Shown: positions 57,786 to 64,000 of the stretch, in pieces | Layout of the letters: each line of letters starts with the position of its first letter | Position numbering within the stretch: position 1 is the first letter of the stretch | NCBI GenBank assembly: GCA_002773535.1 | Contig: PFAZ01000007.1 | Coordinates: forward strand, 4,675 to 68,674 | DNA length: 64,000 nt | Reading direction: 5' to 3' | Source: Candidatus Harrisonbacteria bacterium CG10_big_fil_rev_8_21_14_0_10_40_38 | GTDB taxonomy: Bacteria; Patescibacteriota; Minisyncoccia; UBA6257; 1-14-0-10-40-38 | Notes under the pieces: model-generated | Database searches by the model: none | Told to the model about the DNA's origin: nothing | The model's input: the letters and a program-made list of their open reading frames with translations, nothing else | Position numbers and translations under genes: made by a program

Positions 57786-58452
57786 GTTTGTCCTCCGTAA
57801 CCTGTCCGTCAAAAAGTGTGACTATTCTATCCGTCTGTTCGGCATAATCCAACTCGTGCGTAACCATAACTATTGTTTGTCCAGCTCTATGCAATTCATG
57901 AAATGCGTCTAAAATTGCCAGTGAAGTTTCGTGGTCAAGGTTTGCGGTCGGCTCATCCGCAAAAAGAATTTTTGGGTTGTGAGCAATAGCGCGCGCAATA
58001 CTCACTCTCTGTTGTTCTCCACCCGAAAGCTGATTTGGTAAATTATTTACTCGTGATGGCAAACCGACTCTATGCAATGCCTGCACCGCTTTTGTTTTAG
58101 CTTCATGTCTAGACATCCCCTGCATAAGAAGGGGAGCCATCACATTTTCAATAGCAGAAAGTTCCGGTACAAGCGCATAATCCTGAAAAACATATCCAAA
58201 CTCAGATAATCTCATCGCCGTCCTTTCCTGTTCAGTGAGCGAAGTTACATCAAATGAATCAATAAAAATCTTTCCCGATGTCGGTCGATCAAGAAGCCCA
58301 AGCTGATAAAGTAGGGTAGTTTTTCCAGATCCTGATCGCCCTATTATAGAAACAAACTCACCTTTTCTAACTTCAAAAGAAATGCCACGCAAAATAGTAA
58401 CGCGTGTGTCTCCGCTCTTAAATGATTTAATTATTTGTTCTGCTTTTATCAT
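57766..58452 (-). CDS. ABC transporter ATP-binding protein (LolD/MacB-like)
   Basis: GRSGSGKT, LSGGEQQRV and ADEPT. Confidence 0.93.
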   Translation of the reverse strand: MIKAEQIIKSFKSGDTRVTILRGISFEVRKGEFVSIIGRSGSGKTTLLYQLGLLDRPTSGKIFIDSFDVTSLTEQERTAMRLSEFGYVFQDYALVPELSAIENVMAPLLMQGMSRHEAKTKAVQALHRVGLPSRVNNLPNQLSGGEQQRVSIARAIAHNPKILFADEPTANLDHETSLAILDAFHELHRAGQTIVMVTHELDYAEQTDRIVTLFDGQVTEDKRLTTNN

Positions 58453-58470
58453 ATTCCTAGTATCTAGTGG

Positions 58471-59754
58471 CTATCTGTTGAGAATTGCATCCACGGTATT
58501 CTGTCTTGTAATAATCTTCGCAGGCAGAAAACCTGCAACAAGTGTTACCACGAGAAGAATTGCAATGCGTAATATTGTTGATCCAAGCGGCACCACAAGA
58601 ATTCCATCGCTAAATGGAAAATTTATTGGGTGAGCGCTGATATATGGTTCCAAAAACCCAAAAACAATAACCGACCCAATAAGTGTTCCAAAAAACACAT
58701 AAAAGAGCGCTTGAAGTACATAAGCGCATTCAATAGCCAGCGGGTTAATCCCAATTCCTTTAAGTATGCCGATGAACTTTCTTCTCGTAATAGCGTTTAT
58801 AAAAAAAATGATAAAGATAGTTATTGCCGCTACAAACACACCAATCGAACTGATCATGCTCCCGAGCAGGTTAAACGTCTTTTTTATATCCTGTAAAAAT
58901 TTTGGTTCAGCTTCAGTCTGCGTCTGTATTCTTGCGTAGTCTCCAAAACCTTGTGCAAGAAACGCATTTTTGATTGCAACCTGATCTGTTTCTGGTTCAA
59001 GTCGTATAGCAATCTCGTCAACGTTAAAATCATTTCTCCCTATCATGCTCCTAAACTGTTTTTCGGGGAAAAATATTCTCCTATCAAGTTCATCAACTTT
59101 GCTTTTGATAATTCCCTTTACAATCACCTCGCGTGTATTCCCAGCTACAGTTACTCTTATTTTCGATCCAACACCAACATCTTCAAGCGCAGGGAAGGCA
59201 GCAGAATCAAATTCAAGATACTGCCTCAAAAGAAGCGCGCCCACTAAAACCTGATCAAAATCATCAGGTTCAAGATAGCTTCCTTCTATAAGCAGCGATG
59301 AAAGCCCAGTTGCTTCGTCTTCTGCTATGGGGTCTATTCCGCTTATAAGTGTTCCTGCTTCTTCGCGCAGTTCACCGCTCTTTTTTGCTTTTTTGTAATT
59401 TGATTGCGCAACCCCACCCTCGACATATCTTGGCGCAACAACTCTCACAGAAGGAAGACTTTCTGCAAAGCTTATAATATTCGTACTCCTTTCGATATAC
59501 GGCTTGTCTTTCAGATTTGTTATAAAAATTTCCCCGATGTAATGCTCCTGCACAGCTCGAACAGCTCCTTGTATGAGACCCACAAGCACACCGCTTACAA
59601 CCACAAGGTTAAGAAATGTAAGAGTCATGATTGCGATAACAAGGATATTCATCCACAAACTGCTTCTTCTGACCTGTCTCACAGCAAGGAAAAAGCCCAC
59701 CCTTAGAGCGGCAAAGAAATTAGATATTCGATAAGAAAGTTTTTTGGCAGACAT
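58471..59754 (-). CDS. ABC transporter permease (LolE/MacB/FtsX-like)
   Basis: One TM, large extracytoplasmic loop, three TMs; IGILKGIG. Confidence 0.88.
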   Translation of the reverse strand: MSAKKLSYRISNFFAALRVGFFLAVRQVRRSSLWMNILVIAIMTLTFLNLVVVSGVLVGLIQGAVRAVQEHYIGEIFITNLKDKPYIERSTNIISFAESLPSVRVVAPRYVEGGVAQSNYKKAKKSGELREEAGTLISGIDPIAEDEATGLSSLLIEGSYLEPDDFDQVLVGALLLRQYLEFDSAAFPALEDVGVGSKIRVTVAGNTREVIVKGIIKSKVDELDRRIFFPEKQFRSMIGRNDFNVDEIAIRLEPETDQVAIKNAFLAQGFGDYARIQTQTEAEPKFLQDIKKTFNLLGSMISSIGVFVAAITIFIIFFINAITRRKFIGILKGIGINPLAIECAYVLQALFYVFFGTLIGSVIVFGFLEPYISAHPINFPFSDGILVVPLGSTILRIAILLVVTLVAGFLPAKIITRQNTVDAILNR

Positions 59755-59903
59755 AAATTACTTGAAGCCAAATAATAGCAAAAAAACCAATTTTTGTAAA
59801 GTCTCAATAAACTCTCTACATAAAAATCTAACTGTTGTATAATAGAATCCAATAAAAATATAAGAATTTTCGGTCGAAAAATAAGTAAAATAATCAAAAA
59901 ATT

Positions 59904-60728
59904 ATGAAAAAAATCTATCTAACGTCACTATTAGCAATTATGGTAATGTTTGCCGCAAGTCCGGCATCAGCACAAACAGCCACACAACAAAGTCAGATAA
60001 ACGCTCTTTTAGAGCAGTTAAAAACTCTTCAAGCGCAGATAACCTCTCTTAGAGCTCAACAGCAAACAGTAGTTCAACAAAAACAAGAAGTTGTAGCAGA
60101 GCTAAAACGAACATTGGGTATTGGCGATAGGGGAGACGATGTCAAAGTTCTCCAAGCCTTACTCGCAGCAGATCCCGAAGTTTATCCCGAAGCAATTATT
60201 TCAGGATATTTTGGTCCGCTAACAGACGCAGCGGTAAAAAGATATCAGAAAAAACACGGAATAGTTAGTTCCGGTTCTGCAGAAGCAACAGGTTGGGGTC
60301 GTCTTGGTCCAAGAACTCTCACCAAAGCCAAAGGAGACCTCGAAGATATGCCACTCGTCATAAAAGAAGACGACGATGATGAAGACGGAGACGGCGACAG
60401 GAGCGAAAAAAGAATTTGCGCAAAAGTTCCTCCGGGCCACCTTATCGCCCCAGGTTGGTTGAGGCATCACAATAATGAGAGGCCGATAGTTCCAGAGTGC
60501 CAAACCCTCCCACCAGGAATTGACAGGGTGATAAACAAATCACCATCTCCTTCCCCCACACCTACACCAACCGCAACACCTTCCGCAACTCCTACACCTT
60601 CCACCACGCCAACTCCTAGCCCAACTGCAACTCCATCTCCTTCCGCTACCCCAACCCCTACACCAACCGCTACCCCAACCCCAACCCCTACACCTTCAGA
60701 ATCTCCATCTCCGACACCAACTCCATAA
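59904..60728 (+). CDS. Secreted peptidoglycan-binding protein with Pro/Thr-rich tail
   Basis: LGIGDRGDDVKVLQ…GYFGPLT..AV..YQ; C-terminal (PT/PS)n. Confidence 0.8.
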   Translation: MKKIYLTSLLAIMVMFAASPASAQTATQQSQINALLEQLKTLQAQITSLRAQQQTVVQQKQEVVAELKRTLGIGDRGDDVKVLQALLAADPEVYPEAIISGYFGPLTDAAVKRYQKKHGIVSSGSAEATGWGRLGPRTLTKAKGDLEDMPLVIKEDDDDEDGDGDRSEKRICAKVPPGHLIAPGWLRHHNNERPIVPECQTLPPGIDRVINKSPSPSPTPTPTATPSATPTPSTTPTPSPTATPSPSATPTPTPTATPTPTPTPSESPSPTPTP

Positions 60729-60742
60729 AGGGTTTAGGGTAT

Positions 60743-60787
60743 AAAAAAACACCCCCTCTGCCAATCGGCGGATTGCGGGGTGTTTTT
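60743..60787. terminator. Bidirectional terminator
   Basis: AAAAAACACCCC…GGGGTGTTTTTT between convergent genes. Confidence 0.65.
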
Positions 60788-61773
60788 TATTTAGCCTCTA
60801 CCGAGTTCACGGTAAATTTTTTCTCAATTTCATCTAGTACCTTACGCACATCATGCATTTCGTCAGGATCATAAATAGACACAGGAAATACTTTCTCTCC
60901 TTTTCCGGAAAAAGTTTTAAGTATTTTAGAAAGTCTCTCCTCGCTCACTGCATCCGACTTCGAAATCAAAATATATTCCGGTTTCGTTACCAAAAGTGGA
61001 TTATGTTTTTTAAGCTCATTTCTTATAGCCTCGTATTTTGCCATTGGGTCTTCATCAGTCGCTTCGATAAAATGAAACAATATTCTGGTTCTCTCAATGT
61101 GTCTTAAAAATTTTGTCCCAAGTCCTTTTCCTGAAGATGCCCCCTCAATAAGTCCGGGTATATCAGCAAGGATAAGCGTGTGATAAACCCCAAGATTTGG
61201 CTCAAGAGTAGTGAACGGATAGTTTGCAATCTTGCTTTGAGCATTTGTAACCTCATTTAAGAGACTCGATTTACCCGCATTTGGAAAACCCACAAACCCG
61301 ATATCCGCAATCAACTTAAGCTCGAGCTCAAGAGTTTTCTTTTCGCCATCTATGCCTTTTTCAAATTGTTTAGGAGATGTATTAGTAGATGATCGAAAAT
61401 GAAAATTTCCCCTTCCTCCCTTTCCGCCTTTCGCCACAAGGACTCTCTCGCCTGAAGCAATAAGTTCCGTAGTAGACCCAGATTCCTTTATATGGACAAC
61501 CGTTCCGCGGGGAACCTTGAGTACAAGATCTTCTCCACGCCTACCGTCCCTAAACGCAGACCTGCCATCCATACCATCTTCTGCGGAAAATTTTTTCTTT
61601 GATCTAAAGTGTCTCAAGGCTCCAATATCAGCCACAGCCTCCAAATATACATTCCCGCCATTTCCCCCAGAAGCTCCGGTTGGCCCAAGAGCCATTTTTA
61701 TATGATTAAAAGCAACGGCCCCATCGCCGCCATCACCTGCAGAAACATTAATCGTAACGTTATCTATTAACAT
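60787..61773 (-). CDS. obg: GTPase Obg/CgtA (no C-terminal domain)
   Basis: Gly-rich Obg fold, GFPNAGKS, YPFTT and DIPG. Confidence 0.96.
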   Translation of the reverse strand: MLIDNVTINVSAGDGGDGAVAFNHIKMALGPTGASGGNGGNVYLEAVADIGALRHFRSKKKFSAEDGMDGRSAFRDGRRGEDLVLKVPRGTVVHIKESGSTTELIASGERVLVAKGGKGGRGNFHFRSSTNTSPKQFEKGIDGEKKTLELELKLIADIGFVGFPNAGKSSLLNEVTNAQSKIANYPFTTLEPNLGVYHTLILADIPGLIEGASSGKGLGTKFLRHIERTRILFHFIEATDEDPMAKYEAIRNELKKHNPLLVTKPEYILISKSDAVSEERLSKILKTFSGKGEKVFPVSIYDPDEMHDVRKVLDEIEKKFTVNSVEAK

Positions 61774-61776
61774 AAT

Positions 61777-62262
61777 TTATATTTGAGGCTCTTCGTGCGG
61801 AGTCTCATACGAACGCTTTAAAAAGATTGCAGATACAAAGAGCGTGGTAGACGTTATCGCTGAGAAAAGACAATAAAGACACAACGCTGAAATCACAAAA
61901 ACCTGCAGATAGACAAAAAACAACGTAGCAACAAATCCTAAAATCGAAATCCCAAAAATCAATTTAAGAAGAAGCGCAGATTTTGTTTCTCGATAAAAAA
62001 TCAAAAACAGAAAAACAGTCAGATAAAAAACTGCCCCGATAAGCGCAAGCGGTATTCCCAAAAAGGGAGTCGCATACGGGCTGGTAAGCACAGTCTCGCA
62101 ACCATTAACAATCGTGCACGGCGGTATTGCCTGCAGAAAATGTTCAGCAGTTAAATAAGTTGCATCGCAAAACCCCAAGATTGCTGCAACGAAGAGAGCT
62201 ACAAGAGCTACCTTATGAGTTTTTTTCGATTTCGGAATTAATGAGTGCTCTAAATTCGTCAT
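61777..62262 (-). CDS. Vitamin K epoxide reductase (VKOR) family protein
   Basis: C….GC..VL.S.Y and CLYC redox motif; adjacent to DsbA. Confidence 0.9.
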   Translation of the reverse strand: MTNLEHSLIPKSKKTHKVALVALFVAAILGFCDATYLTAEHFLQAIPPCTIVNGCETVLTSPYATPFLGIPLALIGAVFYLTVFLFLIFYRETKSALLLKLIFGISILGFVATLFFVYLQVFVISALCLYCLFSAITSTTLFVSAIFLKRSYETPHEEPQI

Positions 62263-62944
62263 AGCTTCGTGGGTTTTGTATTTGCACTCCGTCCAAGAAA
62301 AATGTCGGCGTTCCGGGTATTCTCATGCTGTTTCCACTCTCCATATCTCTTCGTACCCGCGCCTTTACGTCACTTGAGTCGATGTCTTCAAGAAATTTTG
62401 CCTTATCAAGTCCAAGTTCCTCTGCATAAGAAGCAAATATTGTCTCCGCATCTCTTGAGTCCGACCAATCTCTCTGGTGCTCAAAAAGCATATCGTGCAT
62501 CTCCCAAAACTTTCCTTGTATCTCAGCCGCCTCCGATGCTCGAGCAGCAAGTTCCGCATTAGGGTGGATCTGCGCTAAAGGAAAATGTCTATATGCAAAA
62601 GTTATTTTATCTCCAAATTCATCGGTTATCTGGTGAACTAGTGGATAGTATGCTCCGCAGGCAGGGCACTGAAAGTCGCTGTATTCAACAAGCACGACAG
62701 GGGATTCCAAATTTCCTTTTGTGTGGTCATCGGCTACAACAGCGTCTACTAGTAGCGCAGTGCCGGAACCACTTCCTCCACCATCATATTTTGCTAATGC
62801 AAAAATCCCTCCACCTACAACTCCCAAAACCACAAGGGATATAAACGTGGTCTTAAAAGCTCTTTTCATCTGCATCGACTTGCGTGCTTTGTCTTTCTCT
62901 GCCTGCTTTTGTTCCTGTATTTGTTTGTATGTTTCTTGATCCAT
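62213..62944 (-). CDS. DsbA-family thiol-disulfide oxidoreductase
   Basis: YSDFQCPAC, RHFPL and GTPTFF. Confidence 0.92.
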   Translation of the reverse strand: MDQETYKQIQEQKQAEKDKARKSMQMKRAFKTTFISLVVLGVVGGGIFALAKYDGGGSGSGTALLVDAVVADDHTKGNLESPVVLVEYSDFQCPACGAYYPLVHQITDEFGDKITFAYRHFPLAQIHPNAELAARASEAAEIQGKFWEMHDMLFEHQRDWSDSRDAETIFASYAEELGLDKAKFLEDIDSSDVKARVRRDMESGNSMRIPGTPTFFLDGVQIQNPRSYDEFRALINSEIEKNS

Positions 62945-63002
62945 AAAATTATTTACCAAAAGAATACAAGAAAAAACCAAAAAAAGCAACCAGCCAAAAA
63001 AC

Positions 63003-63474
63003 TTAACCTTTCTTCGTCACAGATTTTTTAAGAAAGTATAAAGTCGCTCCATAAGTTACGATTGCCGATAAAAACGCATACCCTAAAGCAATCGGGGCAA
63101 TTCTAAACAATCCGCCCCAAAAAACATTACTACTAAAAAGTAAAGCAAAAAAAATAGTACCAAACTGTAATAATAGATTCAAAAAAAATATCCATATAGC
63201 AGCTTTTAACGAAATTTTATTAAATTTTTCGGAAGATATCATTGCACGCTTCCTTGCGTAGCTTACACCGAGAAAAGCTCCTAATACATAAAATACCAAT
63301 GGCAATACAAAAATAAATACCGAATTTATAAAACCAGGGTAATGCAACAAATCTTTTCCAGGCAAAAAATCATACAAAAACGAAACAATAATCGTCGTCG
63401 CAGCAATAGTTGATGAAATCCAAAACTCACTCTTGGGCTTAGATTAATGTTTGTGACTTTAAATTTTGATCCAT
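63003..63474 (-). pseudogene. Membrane protein gene with a 5' frameshift
   Basis: MDQNLKSQTL, then one extra base before SKPKSEFWISSTIAATTIIVSF, which is in frame with the 63003-63377 ORF. Confidence 0.5.
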
Positions 63475-63521
63475 GAATTTTCAAATTAAACTTTACCCGA
63501 CTTATCAATAATAAATTTTTT

Positions 63522-64000
63522 TCAATTAAGCATCCATATAGAATAGTTGAGATACGCCGCGAAAGTTACCCACAAAAGATAGGGGATTAACAACGATGAA
63601 GCCGCTCTCGAAATCCGATAAAAGTTCACGACTACATATACTATAGAAATCCAAAGCGCGACAATCACAAAAAATCCCAAAACAGGCGACTCGAGTCCAA
63701 AAAACGCATAAGACCAAAATATATTCAAAATATATTGAACGAGAAATACAGATACAGCATTCATTTTTTGAAGATCGCCGCTCCACAATCTTTCAGACAC
63801 GGGGTTCCACGCCTTCTTTCGACTCTGAAAAATTCGTTTAGAAACTTTCCATTTTTTTTCGGACACAATAAAAAGCGAAACACCCATCAAAAAAAAGAGT
63901 GTAGTCCACACAGGACCAAACACCCACGAAGGGGGATTGAGTGAGGGCTTTACCAAGACCGTATACCAAGTAGTAACAGAGGATGCGGTAAATACAGAAC
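63522..64000 (-). CDS. TspO/MBR family protein, 5'-truncated by window
   Basis: WY..LVKPSLNPPSWVFGPVWT…WSYAFFG…PYLLWVTFA.YLN; frame open to the window end. Confidence 0.93.
   Translation of the reverse strand, partial: SVFTASSVTTWYTVLVKPSLNPPSWVFGPVWTTLFFLMGVSLFIVSEKKWKVSKRIFQSRKKAWNPVSERLWSGDLQKMNAVSVFLVQYILNIFWSYAFFGLESPVLGFFVIVALWISIVYVVVNFYRISRAASSLLIPYLLWVTFAAYLNYSIWMLN

Noticed and set aside
60540-60726. C-rich low-complexity tract as a non-coding repeat element
   Set aside because: Fully explained as the Pro/Thr/Ser linker coding sequence of the 59904 protein

Overview
AT-rich bacterial chromosome segment with hallmarks of Patescibacteria/CPR (Parcubacteria-like): a divergent stand-alone 16S rRNA gene with no anti-Shine-Dalgarno tail and structured insertions, a CPR-style type IV pilus cluster, housekeeping genes (rpmE, pth, lepB, hisS, rpsU, ybeY, ftsA, ftsZ, tgt, nth, obg) and many small membrane/secreted proteins. 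Standard genetic code (TGA acts as stop). Genes run mostly on + up to ~32.2 kb and mostly on - after that. Most notable: (1) an amino-acid dehydrogenase / acyl-CoA ligase / ThiF / nitroreductase operon running directly into a 7TM sensor kinase, a candidate oxazolone-like signal synthesis plus sensing system; (2) about six stand-alone orphan genes with SD-like sites and boxA-like motifs although the resident 16S has no anti-SD; (3) a queuosine-salvage pair (QNG1/DUF2419-like plus TGT with a queuine-type pocket motif); (4) an unannotated structured small RNA candidate with its own promoter, operator and terminator; (5) an 80-bp synonymous duplication of the kinase 3' end bracketing an inserted cassette. 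All calls come from motif recognition by eye; no database searches or folding programs were run, so coordinates of RNA ends and some start codons are approximate.
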